Assembly (NCBI RefSeq): GCF_003367075.2
Contig: NZ_CP065936.1
Location: forward strand, 3,300,001 to 3,332,000
DNA: 32,000 nt
Direction: 5' to 3'
Source of the DNA: Cylindrospermopsis raciborskii Cr2010
GTDB lineage: Bacteria; Cyanobacteriota; Cyanobacteriia; Cyanobacteriales; Nostocaceae
Shown here: piece after piece, positions 12,701 to 22,000 of the stretch
Layout: each line of letters begins with the position of its first letter
How positions within the stretch are numbered: position 1 is the stretch's first letter
Made by a program: the position numbers and the translations under genes
Notes under the pieces: model-generated
Told to the model about the DNA's origin: nothing
Database searches by the model: none
What the model saw: only the letters and a program-made list of their open reading frames with translations

Positions 12701-15700
12701 ACCCAGACTAGCAAGGATGGTGCGGGGGGTAGAGTCAAGAGTGTAAGTGCGGGGAGTTCCCTGTCCAAACAGATCAATGTCAAAGTCTAGGGAGTTACCA
12801 TAAAGACTTCCCTTCAGGTTAGCAGCATTGAGAATACCACTTAATAACTGGCGATCGCTACCAGAAAGGCTCAAATCAAGGGTGTAGTTGCCCGTATTAG
12901 CGGATGTTCCGCTGCCCATAATGAGAGGATTGAAGTTTTCGTTCCCATAGCCAGCAACGCCTACATAGTAGTCAGTACCAGGATTAAGGGAGATTTGTAC
13001 CGTATTAGGACTGCTGCTAGACGTGGAGGCTGATAGGCGATCGCCCTGTCCGTTAAACACATAGACCGTAGGCACCAGGGCACTTTGTCCTGTACCTATT
13101 CCCCGAGCTGTGGCCGTTAAGATACGTGTTGTTGTGCCAGTTCCCTCGAAATTGACTTTCACAAAATCCACATCAGTTGCACCAACCGCCACCTGATCAT
13201 CGTTACCAATGTTGCGCTGGAGGGAAGTGAGGTTACTGCTGCCAGTATTAGTCTGAGTTAGATTAAAACTGGGTAAGTTAGCGTGGATATATCCATCTGC
13301 ATCTGTTGCAGTAGTGGCGCCTCCACCATACTGCAGATTGATTTGGTAATCTCCCGCAGATGGGTTTGTGCGGCCATTCAAATTGTTCACATCATAGGTC
13401 TGGTTACCGCTGGCGGATACGCCAATGTAATAGGTACTGCCAGCGGTCACATCTAACCGAACAAAACTATCAGTAGAATTGTTGCCCAATTCTGTAAGTG
13501 AGTCCCGGTTAAAGCCCTGAGCCGTACTGTCGTCGTTAAAGTAGGGACTGGGAAGGGCAATACCATTGCCATCAAAAATCCGTAGGTAGGTATTCAGGCT
13601 ATTACCAGTGGCTGTGTCTAAGTCAATCAGCACTACCCCACTTTCATTGGCTACAAAGCGATATAAATCTACATCACCGCCTGTAACACTAATTGTTGTA
13701 TCCGCCAAGATGTCAGTGCCAATCTGCTCAGAAAGGGTTAAGTTAGAGCCATAGAGGAGATCAACGGGAATGGCACCATAGAAAACACCGTTGGGGTCTT
13801 GAGGAGCAGTGTTGGGTTGCAGAATGATGCTCAACAGAGATGAACCTGTACTACCCGAGCGACGGCTTGAGTCATTGTCAACAGCATCAGGCAAGGTATT
13901 GATGTTGTAAGTGGAGTTACCATGACCGCTCACTCCTAAATAGTATGTACCTGCTGTGGTGAAAACATATTCCAGACGAGACAGTAATCCTTCCCCACCG
14001 TCATCATCAATGGCTAACTGATTACCACTGGCATCAAATAAACGCAGCACAGTGTCTATTGAGTCATCAAAACTTCCATTGCCATCGGAATCTAATAGGT
14101 CTAAATAGGCTTGACCGCGTGTCTGTCCAAATTTCCCAATGTAGTCAGGGACATAATCACTGGTTTGGAAGATAACCAAACCGGGATCGACGGTGAACTT
14201 GATCAGGTCCACATCTTTGTCTCCTACCGCAATGAGATTTTCCGGTGTGGGGTCAACACCCGGTAGGTTTGTATCTAGCCCAATGATTGAAGGAACATCA
14301 GCACCGCCAGCAGTGGCAAAATTACTTAAAGCACCTATATCCCGTGACCCTGTCGCCGTACCATTGGGGTCACCCACAAAGCGTGTGGCATTGGGATTAA
14401 AGGCAATGCTGATGGCATAATCTCCATTACTACCTTCAACCCCACTGTTGGCACTATTGGGAGAGTAAGAGAAATTGGCATAACCACTGACACCAAAGTA
14501 ATAGGTGCCTGCCTCTAAATAGGCGTTGAGACGAGAGTAGAAATTAGGTCCCGTATCATCATCCGTTCCCAGTTCATTCCCGTAGACATCAAACAAGCGC
14601 AGAATGGTATCCATGTCTACACCGTTCTGCGGACGAGAGGTCTCTAGGCTAATAGTACCAGGTTGGCTCAGTTCAAAACGGTACATGTCCACATCCGCTG
14701 GAACTAGATTATTGGAACCTGGGTCAGTTCCCACACTGAATGACGATGTATCTGGACTGGTGAGGATACTTAAAGTTCGCTGATTGATCACACCCAAATT
14801 GGTGGCTGTTGCCAAGGTGGCGTTGGTGTCCGCACCATAACTGCTTATAAGATCCGCTTCATAGAAGGTCGAGCCGCCATTTCCAAATATTGGATCCGTT
14901 GTGATGTAGTTATAATCGTAGGCATATCCGTACTCAGATCCAAGACCAACAGTTCCTTGTCCCCAAGCGTTCCATGCCCAGCCATAGCCTGTGTCACCGT
15001 CATAGTAGTTATAGACGTAAACCATGTTGGCAGAGGAGTAGTTCGAGTTGGCATATACAGAATCAATTGTGTAGTAACCTATTCCACCAGTTTCATTAGG
15101 GGAAGTTTGGTTAATGCGCTGATCTTGTGTGTAAGTACCAGAAGTAGCGTAACCATACCCTTGGTAATAGTCACCTTCTACACCCGTAGTGTTTGGGTCA
15201 TCGTTGTAGTAATATGTGAAGTAGTACAGGTCAACTCTACTAGAATTGCCTAGATCCGCCTCATAATAGTTGTTGAAGTAGTTATCGGGACTGGAGTAGT
15301 AGTAGTCGTAAGCATAACCTGATTCTGACCCTAGTCCACTATACCCTTGAGCCCAAACGCTGTAAGCTGGTCCGTAGTTCGTATCAGCATCATTGTAGTG
15401 GAAAACGGAGACCTCACCGACAGTGCCGTATGTAACACTAGAGATAGAGGCAATTTGGTAGTAACCTGTTCCACCAGTTTCATTAGGGGAAGTTTGGTCA
15501 ATAAGCTGATCTTGAGTATAAGTACCAGAAGTAGCGTAACCATACCCTTGGTAATAGTCACCTTCTACACCCGTAGTGTTTCGGTCATCGTTATAGTAAT
15601 ATGTGAAGTAGTAGAGCTGCTTGTCATTACTGGGTACGACAAGATCAACTTCGTAAAACTTGGAGAAGTATGTGTCTGCACTTAAATAGTTAGCATCGTA

Positions 15701-18577
15701 TGCACTACCAGATTCAGAACCCAGACCATCATAGCCTGAACCATAGGCATAGATTGCTGGTCCGTAGCCAGTATCCGCATCATAATAGTAATCGACGAAA
15801 ACGGAGTTAAGATAGCCAAAGGAATCACTATAGACAGCGGTGATATCGTAGTAACCTATCTCACCAGTTTCATTGGCTGAAGTTTCAGGAATACTTTGAT
15901 CTTGTGTGTAAGTATCAGCAGCTGCATAACCATAGCCCTTGTAATAATCGCCATTACCATAGTTGTAAGTAAAGTAGTAAAGTTGTCTGTCTCCACTGTT
16001 ACTCGTAACTAAGTTGGCTTCATTAAAGGTACTAAATGACGTATCAGTACTTTGATATGCATTGTCGTAGGCATAACCAGACTCAGAACCTAGACCACTA
16101 TAGCCATTACCCCAAACGTAGTGGGCATAACCATAACCACTATCACCAGCGCTATTTAAACCATCATAGTAGGTGGTGACATACACATAGTCGGAGGCAT
16201 AACTATAAGTACTGTCGTAGACATAATCAATGATGTGGTAACCTGTCTGACCAGTTTCATTTAGAGATGTTTGGTTAATGCGCTGATCTTGAGTATAAGT
16301 ACCCGCCACAGCATAGCCATAACCTTGATAGAAGTCACCATTGCCATAGTAGTAGGTGAAATAATAAAGCTGGCTGCCCGGTTGTTGGGTGATAAGGTTA
16401 GCTTCGTAAAAGTTGTCGAAGTAAGTATCAGTACTTTGATAGTTATAGTCGTAGGCATAGCCCGATTCTGATCCCAGACCGCCGTAACCGGATCCGGAAA
16501 CATAGTAAGCAGAACCATAACTGCCGCCGGGGTCAGTATTATTGCCATCAGCACCATCATAGTAAGAATTAATGGTCACCTGATTAACAAGACCATAACT
16601 TTCCCAAACTGAATCTATGACATACTGACCAGCCAACCCTACTTCATTTAAATTACTTGATCTAACTTCGGTAGCCGCAATAACTTGTCCTGATTGATAA
16701 GTATTGGCATTGGCATAACCCCAACCTTGATAGGAATCACCATTACCATAGGTGTAAGTAAAATAGTAGAGCTGAACGGGGGGATTAACTACTACTCCAT
16801 CGGATAGATTTGCTTCATTATGTTTGGAGAAGTAGGAATCAGCACTAGCGTAATTATAGTCGTAGGCATAGCCTTCTTCAGTTCCCAGCCCTCCGTAGCC
16901 AGTTCCAGAAACGTAGGAGGCATAACCATAAGCACCGCCAAGGTCACTTCCATTACCATCTGCACCGTCGTAGTAAGAATAAACACTTACGGCGTCGAGC
17001 AAACCATAGTTACCCTCGGAAACTGAATCAATGGTGTAGTAACCATTATTCCCTGTTTCATTGGGTGATGACTGATTGATGCGCTGACCTACAGTGTAAG
17101 TACCAGTAGGGGCATAACCATAGCCTTGGTAGAAGTCGCCTTCTACGACATTCGTGGTGGTTGGGTCGTCGTTATTATAATTGTAGGTGAAGTAATAAAG
17201 TTGGTATGTAACCACGAGTTCTTGGAGGTCGGCCGTGTCAGAGCTACTAAAGGAAGTATCAGGCCCCCCAAAATTACTGTTATAGGCGAAACCAGATTCA
17301 CTGCCCAGTCCTGCACTACCACTAGCATCTACATAGATGGCATAACCAAAACCAGTGCTGCCATCGTAGTAATCAGTGACTGCAACTTCTCCTACCGTAC
17401 CTGATTGATCATTAATTACTTCTGTGATTGTATAACTTCCTAGAGATCCAGTGGGTGTAATGCTTTGTCCTAATGTATAAGTATTAGCAGCTGCATAACC
17501 ATAGCCTTGGTAGAAGTCTTCAGTCTGTTGATTAGAGTTGAAGACAAATCGGAAAAATTGGGAGGTACCATCTCTGGGAGGAGGAGGGGAGGTAAATAGA
17601 CTATCTACTGCTTGTACGGCATCATAAACATCAATGCGTAGATAGGTGGACCCTGTGGGGGTAACATTGGTGTCTTCATCATCGCCATCCACAATTCTAT
17701 CAGCAGTATCCAGTAAAATTCGACGAATCTCATTAGGTGTCAAAAGGCGATCGCCGAAGGTAAGGGCGGCATCTTGCATCAAGGCAACCACTCCAGAGAC
17801 CATAGGTGTGGCCATACTAGTACCAGCAAGGCCCCCTATTTGATTTCCAGGCAAGGTGCTTTCAATAATTGCCCCTGGGGCGAAAAGCATACCAGGATAT
17901 GTACTGAGTCGCTGACTGAAGCTCACCAACCTATCAGCACCGGTTGTATTATCTCTACTACCACTCCATCTAGCATTGCTAACAGTACCATCTTGCCATA
18001 CGGCCCCAACTGCGGCCGTACTGGCAATAGCAGGAATAGAGACATTTTCCCGGAGACTGGGGTTTTGATGATTTTGGGCGTAACTGTTACCTGCTGCGGA
18101 AACCACGGTAACCCCCGCCTGTTCTAGCTCTTGGATCAAACGTCCCCATGAATTGTAAACTGGATCATCCTGACCTTCTGGGGGTTGGGTATAGAACGCG
18201 GAGGGAATACCCAGGGACATATTGACAGCAACGATGTTGTACTCTGATCGATGGTCTAGAACCCATTGCAATGCCTGGGCAACTTCCGATCCATCTTGAC
18301 CTTCCCCCAGTACCCGGAGTCCGATCAAATCCACGTTGTTGGCTACGCCAATATTTGGGTCTGTTGCTCCAATAATGCCGGATACATGAGTACCATGCCC
18401 ATCCGGGTCATTGTTGTCGCTTAAAATGCCTCCTAGTAAAGTTCGGTCATTTACATCGGTAACGGTAACTGCTATGTTCTGATTTACCGTATTTTGACCA
18501 TCAAATACGCTTACCTGGATATCATAGATATTATTGCGACCCACATCTGTAGGCGTTTCATACATTGGGTAGTTCAA
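758..18577 (-). CDS. Giant (5,939-aa) multidomain repeat protein of adhesin/extracellular type: S8 peptidase, Tyr-rich repeats, PPC, Ig-like, cohesin/dockerin, cadherin-like, Calx-beta, RCC1-like propellers
   Basis: Uninterrupted 17.8-kb minus-strand ORF ending in TAG at 760-758. Recognisable domain motifs run throughout (see sub-features). The start is uncertain: the track start at 18577 is TTG and the first ATG is at 18565-18563. Both lie inside the tail of a cadherin repeat, with no signal-peptide-like N-terminus and no obvious Shine-Dalgarno. I saw no Cys on reading the translation. Confidence 0.9.
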   Translation of the reverse strand: MNYPMYETPTDVGRNNIYDIQVSVFDGQNTVNQNIAVTVTDVNDRTLLGGILSDNNDPDGHGTHVSGIIGATDPNIGVANNVDLIGLRVLGEGQDGSEVAQALQWVLDHRSEYNIVAVNMSLGIPSAFYTQPPEGQDDPVYNSWGRLIQELEQAGVTVVSAAGNSYAQNHQNPSLRENVSIPAIASTAAVGAVWQDGTVSNARWSGSRDNTTGADRLVSFSQRLSTYPGMLFAPGAIIESTLPGNQIGGLAGTSMATPMVSGVVALMQDAALTFGDRLLTPNEIRRILLDTADRIVDGDDEDTNVTPTGSTYLRIDVYDAVQAVDSLFTSPPPPRDGTSQFFRFVFNSNQQTEDFYQGYGYAAANTYTLGQSITPTGSLGSYTITEVINDQSGTVGEVAVTDYYDGSTGFGYAIYVDASGSAGLGSESGFAYNSNFGGPDTSFSSSDTADLQELVVTYQLYYFTYNYNNDDPTTTNVVEGDFYQGYGYAPTGTYTVGQRINQSSPNETGNNGYYTIDSVSEGNYGLLDAVSVYSYYDGADGNGSDLGGAYGYASYVSGTGYGGLGTEEGYAYDYNYASADSYFSKHNEANLSDGVVVNPPVQLYYFTYTYGNGDSYQGWGYANANTYQSGQVIAATEVRSSNLNEVGLAGQYVIDSVWESYGLVNQVTINSYYDGADGNNTDPGGSYGSAYYVSGSGYGGLGSESGYAYDYNYQSTDTYFDNFYEANLITQQPGSQLYYFTYYYGNGDFYQGYGYAVAGTYTQDQRINQTSLNETGQTGYHIIDYVYDSTYSYASDYVYVTTYYDGLNSAGDSGYGYAHYVWGNGYSGLGSESGYAYDNAYQSTDTSFSTFNEANLVTSNSGDRQLYYFTYNYGNGDYYKGYGYAAADTYTQDQSIPETSANETGEIGYYDITAVYSDSFGYLNSVFVDYYYDADTGYGPAIYAYGSGYDGLGSESGSAYDANYLSADTYFSKFYEVDLVVPSNDKQLYYFTYYYNDDRNTTGVEGDYYQGYGYATSGTYTQDQLIDQTSPNETGGTGYYQIASISSVTYGTVGEVSVFHYNDADTNYGPAYSVWAQGYSGLGSESGYAYDYYYSSPDNYFNNYYEADLGNSSRVDLYYFTYYYNDDPNTTGVEGDYYQGYGYATSGTYTQDQRINQTSPNETGGIGYYTIDSVYANSNYSSANMVYVYNYYDGDTGYGWAWNAWGQGTVGLGSEYGYAYDYNYITTDPIFGNGGSTFYEADLISSYGADTNATLATATNLGVINQRTLSILTSPDTSSFSVGTDPGSNNLVPADVDMYRFELSQPGTISLETSRPQNGVDMDTILRLFDVYGNELGTDDDTGPNFYSRLNAYLEAGTYYFGVSGYANFSYSPNSANSGVEGSNGDYAISIAFNPNATRFVGDPNGTATGSRDIGALSNFATAGGADVPSIIGLDTNLPGVDPTPENLIAVGDKDVDLIKFTVDPGLVIFQTSDYVPDYIGKFGQTRGQAYLDLLDSDGNGSFDDSIDTVLRLFDASGNQLAIDDDGGEGLLSRLEYVFTTAGTYYLGVSGHGNSTYNINTLPDAVDNDSSRRSGSTGSSLLSIILQPNTAPQDPNGVFYGAIPVDLLYGSNLTLSEQIGTDILADTTISVTGGDVDLYRFVANESGVVLIDLDTATGNSLNTYLRIFDGNGIALPSPYFNDDSTAQGFNRDSLTELGNNSTDSFVRLDVTAGSTYYIGVSASGNQTYDVNNLNGRTNPSAGDYQINLQYGGGATTATDADGYIHANLPSFNLTQTNTGSSNLTSLQRNIGNDDQVAVGATDVDFVKVNFEGTGTTTRILTATARGIGTGQSALVPTVYVFNGQGDRLSASTSSSSPNTVQISLNPGTDYYVGVAGYGNENFNPLIMGSGTSANTGNYTLDLSLSGSDRQLLSGILNAANLKGSLYGNSLDFDIDLFGQGTPRTYTLDSTPRTILASLGEDIDQAGATAEESNAFGRIYIEAQGLTGNAANVTATSSDVGADDVDIYPISITESGAYRFTTSGTGIAIDDARPTLKLFDSQGAPVTVNDYGPQGLVTGNVLANLTPDNYYFVVMSTGTGTDQFDFGNDPGFSPALTEAQLREFYQNTGNYQLDMVKASLDQPNTWIDRGTSFAQRFSLPLDVASLQLYGASGITPSLRVNGPSGSVAGSLVYDEDNNTLRFVPTNPILAAGDYTITYTDPSDFKAEGANLTAGNLQSATFNVPAAGPVVYLPSFARGPGQPVNINGTGIPVKISDTDGLTNIRITVDYDPDALNITDAQLPDALKDTWEIVGRPTIASGRVTVDLRDKLNDGVSSPLPSGDREVIRLIADVPTSAVFNSAEVLEISAGARASSRSVTISDSTAVQKVAFFGDTNANGRVNSADAVSVLRLAAGLSDGFDPFDLVDPNLIADTNNNGRTNSADAVNVLRFAAGISTPSIPIVTNPSLAVPGLDPTITVSSTSGNPGDIVGVTLSVTSTEDGANDIASYGLRIVFDTNILDITSATGNSSDVTPNTAAGFTTVENVNDSQGFVIITGANATGTNISSGLPLNLATINFTIKSSASAGTTPLTLSLAPNNDITDSSDNILTLTPVNGTITINSTTGGGDTTAPVVSANQTFSYAEGKTANFQVGTVTATDAVGVTSFAIASGNDSGFFAINNSGVITLTAAGAAASAASNDFETTPNTFTLGITASDPAGNTSTSTNITINVTDVDEFDVTAPTDTNTAANTIAENAVNGTGVGITANATDGDGSNNTVTYSLTDNAGGRFAIDANSGVVTVANSSLLDIETTTSHSITVQSTSSDGSTNTQIFSIAVTDVDEAPIITSATTANFAENGTGTAYTVLATDPEGTALTYSLSGTDAGLFNINSTTGAVTFQTAPNFETPGDTGGNNVYDITVSASDGSLSASQAVAITVTDVNEAPTITSLAAANFAENGTGTAYTVLATDPDAGTALTYSLSGTDAGLFNINSTTGAVTFQTAPNFETPGDTGGNNVYDITVSASDGSLSASQAVAITVTDVNEAPTLAIASTNANQSEGNSGTKAFTFTVTRSGDTTGTSSANWAVTGSGTNQADGTDFSGTSGTVSFAAGETTQTITVNVSGDNTVEPDEGFTVTLSSPTNATITTATATGTINNDDLLPTVSLSLRSPSTVTEDGPQSLFYVFSRTGDTTNSLTVNFNVSGSATLNDDYVQRGATSFGTTTGSVTFAAGSSVVILSLDPSSDVVSDGNETVALTLAAGTGYAVGSSSAVTGTILDNDVAPGTVVRGSIAKSVMYKTRHEYRNGTAFAALKSDGSVVTWGDPSNGGNSSSVSSSLTSGVTQIFSTLLAFAALKSDGSVVTWGDSTFGGNSSSVSSSLTSGVTQIFSTLIAFAALKSDGSVVTWGDSSNGGNSSSVSSSLTSGVTQIFSTDTAFAALKSDGSVVTWGDSSNGGNSSSVSSSLTSGVTQIFSTDTAFAALKSDGSVVTWGSSSNGGNSSSVSSSLTSGVTQIFSTNTAFAALKSDGSVVTWGSSSNGGNSSSVSSSLTSGVTQIFSTNTAFAALKSDGSVVTWGSSSNGGNSSSVSSSLTSGVTQIFSTEFAFAALKSDGSVVTWGSSNWGGDSSSVSSSLTSGVTQIFSTLYAFAALKSDGSVVTWGSSTLGGDSSSVSSSLTSGVTQIFSNNNAFAALKSDGSVVTWGDSSNGGDSSSVSSQLTSGVVSFADPFNDDRLVWTGLAIASTNANQSEGNSGTKAFTFTVTRSGDTTGTSSANWAVTGSGTNQADGTDFSGTSGTVSFAAGETTQTITVNVSGDNTVEPDEGFTVTLSSPTNATITTATATGTINNDDLLPTVSLSLRSPSTVTEDGPQSLFYVFSRTGDTTNSLTVNFNVSGSATLNDDYVQRGATSFGTTTGSVTFAAGSSVVILSLDPSSDVVSDGNETVALTLAAGTGYAVGSSSAVTGTILDNDVAPGTVVRGSIAKSVMYKTRHEYRNGTAFAALKSDGSVVTWGDSTFGGNSSSVSSSLTSGVTQIFSTLLAFAALKSDGSVVTWGDSTFGGNSSSVSSSLTSGSGVTQIFSTDTAFAALKSDGSVVTWGSSTSGGNSSSVSSSLTSGVTQIFSNNNAFAALKSDGSVVTWGSSTSGGNSSSVSSSLTSGVTQIFSTNNAFAALKSDGSVVTWGSSTSGGNSSSVSSSLTSGVTQIFSTNTAFAALKSDGSVVTWGSSSNGGNSSSVSSSLTSGVTQIFSTNTAFAALKSDGSVVTWGSSSNGGNSSSVSSSLTSGVTQIFSTEFAFAALKSDGSVVTWGSSTLGGDSSSVSSSLTSGVTQIFSTDTAFAALKSDGSVVTWGDSTLGGDSSSVSSSLTSGVTQIFSTNTAFAALKSDGSVVTWGDSSNGGDSSSVSSQLTSGVVSFADPFNDDRLVWTGLAIASTNANQSEGNSGTKAFTFTVTRSGDTTGTSSANWAVTGSGTNQADGTDFSGTSGTVSFAAGETTQTITVNVSGDSTVEPDEGFTVTLSNPTNATITTATATGTITNDDTTPVVNPNQTFSYAEGKTANFQVGTVTATDAVGVTSFAIASGNNSGFFAISNSGVITLTAAGAAASAASNDFETNPNTFTLGITASDAANNTSSPVNVTINVTDVDDTAPVVNTNQAFSYAEGKTANFQVGTVTATDAVGVTSFAIASGNNSGFFAISNSGVITLTAAGAAASAASNDFETTPNTFTLGITASDAANNTSAPVNVTINVTDVDDTAPVVNANQAFSYAEGKTANFQVGTVTATDAVGVTSFAIASGNNSGFFAISNSGVITLTAAGTAASAASNDFETTPNTFTLGITASDAANNTSAPVNVTINVTDVDDTAPVVNANQTFSYAEGKTANFQVGTVTATDAVGVTSFAIASGNNSGFFAISNSGVITLTAAGTAASAASNDFETTPNTFTLGITASDAANNTSAPVNVTINVTDVDDTAPVVNANQTFSYAEGKTANFQVGTVTATDAVGVTSFAIASGNNSGFFAISNSGVITLTAAGAAASAASNDFETTPNTFTLGITASDAANNTSAPVNVTINVMDVDDTAPVVNANQTFSYAEGKTANFQVGTVTATDAVGVTSFAIASGNNSGFFAISNSGVITLTAAGAAASAASNDFETTPNTFTLGITASDAANNTSAPVNVTINVTDVDDTAPVVNANQTFSYAEGKTANFQVGTVTATDAVGVTSFAIASGNNSGFFAISNSGVITLTAAGAAASAASNDFETTPNTFTLGITASDAANNTSAPVNVTINVMDVDDTAPVVNANQTFSYAEGKTANFQVGTVTATDAVGVTSFAIASGNNSGFFAISNSGVITLTAAGAAASAASNDFETTPNTFTLGITASDAANNTSAPVNVTINVTDVDDTAPVVNANQTFSYAEGKTANFQVGTVTATDAVGVTSFAIASGNNSGFFAISNSGVITLTAAGAAASAASNDFETTPNTFTLGITASDAANNTSAPVNVTINVMDVDDTAPVVNANQTFSYAEGKTANFQVGTVTATDAVGVTSFAIASGNNSGFFAISNSGVITLTAAGAAASAASNDFETTPNTFTLGITASDAANNTSAPVNVTINVTDVDDTAPVVNANQTFSYAEGKTANFQVGTVTATDAVGVTSFAIASGNNSGFFAISNSGVITLTAAGTAASAASNDFETTPNTFTLGITASDAANNTSSPVNVTINVTDIPNDVPTVTIAATDPYAAEIQTPRVNNGKFTFTLSEAAPVGGIAVNYTVSGTAIGGEDYTLLPGTVTIAGGQTTAVVDVLPINDAVVEGNQIVILSLTDGVTYDLGATTGATVTIADGAIGDIDGNGVFTGSDAFLINQFLAERNNPNRNSILETTFARFPSETVGSTNTTGATLANGIEAQLSLFDIDGNSTTSPGDIFLMNQYLLLGSNPNRNQIFQLVASAFGSELNGPNNTGDELNQALSNLIGTNT
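761..1165 (-). other. C-terminal dockerin-like EF-hand pair of the giant protein
   Basis: Two Ca-loop plus helix segments: [21 protein letters not shown] and [22 protein letters not shown]. Each is followed by a related tail, (E)RNNPNRNSI and GSNPNRNQI. The loop spacing (~60 aa) is wider than in a canonical clostridial dockerin. Confidence 0.5.
1166..1500 (-). other. Calx-beta domain
   Basis: [56 protein letters not shown] matches the Calx-beta pattern (DY..G.v.F..G.t...i.v....D...E..E.f...L). Confidence 0.75.
1510..5040 (-). repeat. 11 tandem 321-bp (107-aa) cadherin-like repeats, including a 642-bp higher-order repeat
   Basis: Unit: [107 protein letters not shown]. Antisense shadow ORFs recur every 321 nt (1803, 2124, 2445 ... 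4692). Each unit carries a HIP1 site (gatgcGATCGCaaa). Confidence 0.9.
5041..5371 (-). other. Calx-beta domain (third copy of module a of the 2.07-kb macro-repeat)
   Basis: [112 protein letters not shown]. Nearly nucleotide-identical to 7111-7441 and 9175-9505. Confidence 0.8.
5372..6744 (-). repeat. RCC1-like beta-propeller block 2: 10 tandem 126-bp (42-aa) blades
   Basis: Unit: [42 protein letters not shown]. Plus-strand unit starts (gagaaaatct) fall at 5532, 5658, 5784, 5910, 6036, 6162, 6288, 6414 and 6546. The block also has a divergent terminal blade and a lead-in, [27 protein letters not shown]. The FAAL..DGSV.TWG motif resembles RCC1-type blades. Confidence 0.7.
6745..7441 (-). other. 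Pair of Calx-beta domains (macro-repeat copy 2)
   Basis: Module a as at 5041-5371. Module b: [111 protein letters not shown]. Confidence 0.8.
7442..8808 (-). repeat. RCC1-like beta-propeller block 1: 10 tandem 126-bp blades
   Basis: Same unit as 5372-6744, offset by 2,070 nt at the low-coordinate end and 2,064 nt at the high-coordinate end. The antisense shadow ORF 7614-9014 mirrors 5544-6950. Confidence 0.7.
8809..9505 (-). other. Pair of Calx-beta domains (macro-repeat copy 1)
   Basis: Protein sequence identical to the 6745-7441 pair. Module a begins at the L of TLAIAS (9505-9503). Confidence 0.8.
9506..10430 (-). other. Three cadherin repeats (two near-identical ~300-bp copies plus one divergent)
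   Basis: [93 protein letters not shown] occurs twice. The divergent copy reads [52 protein letters not shown]...[11 protein letters not shown]. This is the canonical cadherin pattern (D.D....YSL....F.ID..tG.v......D.E.......v...D........i.V.DvNE.P). Confidence 0.85.
10431..10774 (-). other. Isolated, diverged copy of the 321-bp cadherin-like unit
   Basis: [110 protein letters not shown]. It lies 5.4 kb from the main array. Confidence 0.85.
10775..11230 (-). other. Cohesin domain 2
   Basis: [51 protein letters not shown]...[45 protein letters not shown]. This is a cohesin-like pattern: g..v.v.v.......i.....l.fD...l.....g, followed by l..i.F.....g...l. Confidence 0.6.
11275..11478 (-). other. 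Dockerin (type-I-like duplicated EF-hand)
   Basis: [26 protein letters not shown] ...(~12 aa)... [25 protein letters not shown]. These are two 22-aa Ca-loop/helix segments with canonical spacing (compare the consensus GDvNgDGkVns.D...l.r.l.g). Confidence 0.65.
11479..11900 (-). other. Cohesin domain 1
   Basis: [79 protein letters not shown]...[24 protein letters not shown]. Contains the cohesin-type ..i.YDp..L.i. Confidence 0.55.
11901..12235 (-). other. Bacterial Ig-like domain (SbsA/Big_5-like)
   Basis: [53 protein letters not shown] resembles the v.g.v.yd...ntltf.P...L..g..Yt.t pattern. Confidence 0.4.
12236..14842 (-). other. Five tandem, mutually diverged PPC (pre-peptidase C-terminal)-like domains
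   Basis: Each domain has D(V/I)D.Y.F...........l.LfD..G.........d.......l...l..G.YY.GVsg......Y.......G.Y.l. Examples: [10 protein letters not shown]...[17 protein letters not shown]...[13 protein letters not shown]...GDYAISI; [11 protein letters not shown]...YLRIFDGNG...[18 protein letters not shown]...GDYQINL; [11 protein letters not shown]...TLKLFDSQG...[10 protein letters not shown]...GNYQLDM. Confidence 0.65.
14845..17560 (-). repeat. Seven tandem ~129-aa Tyr/Gly-rich repeats of unrecognised family
   Basis: Approximate consensus: QLYYFTY.Y....[28 protein letters not shown].........V.V..YYD...[32 protein letters not shown]. The copies are diverged, not nucleotide-identical. In the one unit I counted ([16 protein letters not shown]...SNSGDR), 25 of ~127 residues are Tyr. 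Confidence 0.85.
17603..18442 (-). other. Subtilisin-like (S8) serine peptidase domain; His, oxyanion Asn and Ser motifs present, canonical Asp box not found
   Basis: DGHGTHVSG (His at codon 61, ~18397-18395). VVSAAGNS supplies the oxyanion Asn. [11 protein letters not shown] supplies the Ser at codon 254, ~17818-17816. There is no D[ST]G box upstream of the His. The sequence immediately upstream is the cadherin tail [10 protein letters not shown]. Confidence 0.8.
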
Positions 18578-18866
18578 TAATTACCACACTCGTACTATTT
18601 ACTCTAATAATGTCATCTCCTTTTCCTGGCATTACCGTAGTTTGACCCGTGGTGGCATTTATATCATCTCCTTGGTCCGTGCCGGATCTTACTTTGGGTT
18701 GATTGTCATCATTGGTAATTGTCCCTGCGACTCCAGTAGTGGTTCCAATGGTGTAACCAGTACCTGATGCTAGGGTTAAGATGACTGTTTCATCATTTTC
18801 TACTGTGCTGTCAGCAGTGGGGTCAACTGTAACTGTAGCTAGGGTCACCCTACAATTACATGCCAC
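18558..18866 (-). pseudogene. Chimeric gene fragment (Calx-beta C-terminal half joined to an RTX-linker segment) copied from the neighbouring RTX gene; no credible start
   Basis: The track start at 18866 is GTG. The frame is open only from a TAA at ~18903-18905 and has no ATG. Translation: ...ATVTVDPTADSTVENDETVILTLASGTGYTIGTTTGVAGTITNDD|[48 protein letters not shown]. 18700-18843 aligns to 21009-21150 and 18566-18700 aligns to 19577-19715. I counted ~10 mismatches in ~135 nt in the second alignment. The fragment ends out of frame, overlapping the giant ORF start. ACNCRV at its 5' end holds two Cys codons in an otherwise Cys-free locus. Confidence 0.7.
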
Positions 18867-19007
18867 CAGTTTATCATGACAAAAGATAAATTGGCAACAG
18901 TTTTAGATTGAATGATAAAAATATTTTATGATCTGGTTTTTATTGGTATGGGTTAGGTTGGTTAAGATTTGTATGAATAATATGTGGGTGAGTCACATGA
19001 TCTATTT

Positions 19008-22000
19008 CTACACAAACAAACTACCCACTGCTATATTTCCTAAACCCGGTAAATTACTACTATATCCCGTCAGATTAATCACCAAATCTGTAGCAGTATT
19101 AAACCCTCCTATCCCATCATTCACTATTAAATAAGTGCCACCTATTCCTTGTGCTGTTGATACCACCAATGCTGCACTGTTAGTCCCCAAACCTTGATTG
19201 CCACTTGTTGCTCCATTCGCATCAATAAACACACTATCCACCACACTACTCAATGTACTAGCACCGCTATTGCCAGCACGGGTTAATACACTTGGTGACA
19301 CCCCATTCACCCTTATCTTGTCCTTGCCAAATTGAAAATCCCCTATTCTATCTGGTTTACCCACTACGGAATCCCCAAGGTTAAACACAAAGGTGTCGTT
19401 TCCTTGTAGTCCTGTCAGCACGTTTTGACCACTGTTTCCCGTGATTACATTGTCCTTCCTGTTACCTATGCCATTGATATCCTCCGTACCCCAGAGGGTT
19501 AAGTTCTCTATCTGTGGTAGGGAAGCTAGATTATAGTTAATACTGGAAAATACAGTGTCATTACCTTCGTTCGGTAGTTCAATAATCACCACACTCGCAC
19601 TATTTACCCTAATAATGTCATCTCCTTTTCCGGGCATTACCGTGGTTTGACCCCTGGTGGCATTTATATCATCTCCTTGGTCTGTGCCAGATATTACCTT
19701 GGGTTGACCATCTCCTGCTAAAGTCAGTGGTCTAGCTTCCAGGGTATATCCCGGTGCTACATCTACCGCTGTCACATTTACCTTGCTTTGCTGGAAGGAT
19801 GAAACAGTATTAAAGGCAAAATCTCCTATTTTCACTGGCAGATTTTGATTGGGCCAATTGCCACTAAAATCTGCATATTGAATTTGAATATAACGGTTAG
19901 TAGAAGTGTCTCCATCCAAATCTTGTTCATCCAGGTTGTCAGTTACATCACCAAATAAATCTGTTGACAGTAGGTTACTAGCACCTTGGTAAGAGATTTG
20001 ATTAGAATTGTAGTGAAGACGTATTCCTATACCTGTTAGGGTATTGTCACCACTATCCACATTATAGGTAACCCCTATAGAAACAGGAGCGCCAGGGGTA
20101 AGGGAGGAATTAGAAGTAGTTAGGTCAATAATTTGCTTTGAGGAGGAAGTAGCGTTAAAGGTCTGGGCAAATAGGGGTAAGAAGGTAGTTTGTTGGGGAA
20201 CCAACGGGGAAGCTGAGGAAGTACCGCTAATACTTGCTAGATAGGATTCAATCTGGCTGAGATTACGAGTAGCATTGGGAGATATGGCCCCATTGATTAA
20301 AGCATTTCCAGGGAAATTGCCAAACAAGTAACGTACTGCCATAATCCCATCGGAGAGAGGGCGAACTGCACCATCACCGTCTATATCCAGTATGCTCCCT
20401 GCTTCTCCTAGGTAGGTTCTAATCTCACTGGGGGTGCGGGTTGCATTAGGTGCGATCGCATTTCTTGTCAGGGCATCTCCAGGAAAGTTGCCAAACAAGT
20501 AGCGCATAATCATGATGCCATCAGATAAGGCATCTGAAGTATAGTTACCATCTACATCTAGAGTCCAGTTTTGTTTATATATTTCTATGGGAGCAGCTTC
20601 AAGGGTATAGCCAGGAGCAGCGCTAACACTAGTAATATTGAGTTGAGTTTCTTGAAAATTGGTGCTAGTGGTGAAAGCAAAATCTCCCAATTTCACTGGA
20701 AGCGACTTATTGGGCCAGTTACCATTGGTAGCAAAGTATTGGATTTGAATATAGCGGTCTGTAGTATTATCTTTATCAAAGTTTTGGTTATCTAAATTAT
20801 CACTAACAGCTCCAAATAGATTGGTTGATAATAGATTCGTCACCTGTTGATAAGATAGGTCACTGGAGTCATAATGAAGACGAATGCCAATGCCATTGAG
20901 AGAATTGTTAGAATTAGACGTATTATATAAAAGGGGAACGGTTAGAGTTGCACTAGGTGTGGCTCTTAGTCTGTTAGATGTGCTGGTAATTTGTTGATTA
21001 TCCCCTAGGTCATCGTTGGTAATTGTCCCCGTGACTCCACTGGTGGTTCCAATGGTGTAACCAGTGCCAGATGCTAGGGTGAAGATGACTGTTTCATCAC
21101 TTTCCGGTGTGGTGTCAGCGGTGGGGTCAACTGTAACTGTAGCGGTGGATGACCCAGCTGCAAAGGTGACGCTTGTACCAATATTATTGTAGTCACTACC
21201 GTTAGTTGCTGTTCCCCCAATGGTGTAGTTTACCGCAAGGGTGTTAGTGGTGGAATCAGTGCGGGTGAAGGTGTAGACTAGATTGGGTGTGCCGTCTTCT
21301 GTAACACTGGTAGGGGAAACAGTTAAGGTAACTTGAGTGTCATCATTGGTAATTGTCCCTGTGACCCCACTGGTGGTTCCAATGGTGTAACCAGTGCCAG
21401 ATGCTAGGGTGAAGATGACTGTTTCATCACTTTCCGGTGTGGTGTCAGCGGTGGGGTCAACTGTAACTGTAGCGGTGGATGATCCAGCGGCAAAGGTGAC
21501 GCTTGTACCAATATTATTGTAGTCACTACCGTTAGTTGCTGTTCCCCCAATGGTGTAGTTTACCGCAAGGGTGTTAGTGGTGGAACCAGTGCGGGTGAAG
21601 GTGTAGACTAGATTGGGTGTGCCGTCTTCTGTAACACTGGTAGGGGAAACAGTTAAGGTAACTTGAGTGTCATCATTGGTAATTGTCCCTGTGACTCCAC
21701 TGGTGGTTCCAATGGTGTAACCAGTGCCAGATGCTAGGGTGAAGATGACTGTTTCATCACTTTCCGGTGTGGTGTCAGCGGTGGGGTCAACTGTAACTGT
21801 AGCGGTGGATGATCCAGCGGCAAAGGTGACGATTGTACCAATATTATTGTAGTCACTACCGTTAGTTGCTGTTCCCCCAATGGTGTAGTTTACCGCAAGG
21901 GTGTTAGTGGTGGAATCAGTGCGGGTGAAGGTGTAGACTAGATTGGGTGTGTCGTCTTCTGTAACACTGGTAGGGGAAACAGTTAAGGTAACTTGAGTGT

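Noticed and set aside
14845-17560. Rhs/YD-repeat toxin shell as the identity of the Tyr-rich repeats
   Set aside because: The units are ~129 aa rather than ~20 aa YD repeats. They lack the G.xxRY.YDxxGR consensus, and no Rhs core (PxxxxDPxGL) or C-terminal toxin domain follows.
18558-18866. 102-aa ORF as an independent small Calx-beta protein
   Set aside because: It starts mid-domain at a GTG and has no ATG in the open frame. It is a chimera of two non-adjacent parts of the neighbouring gene and terminates where it collides out of frame with the megagene. It is better treated as a remnant.
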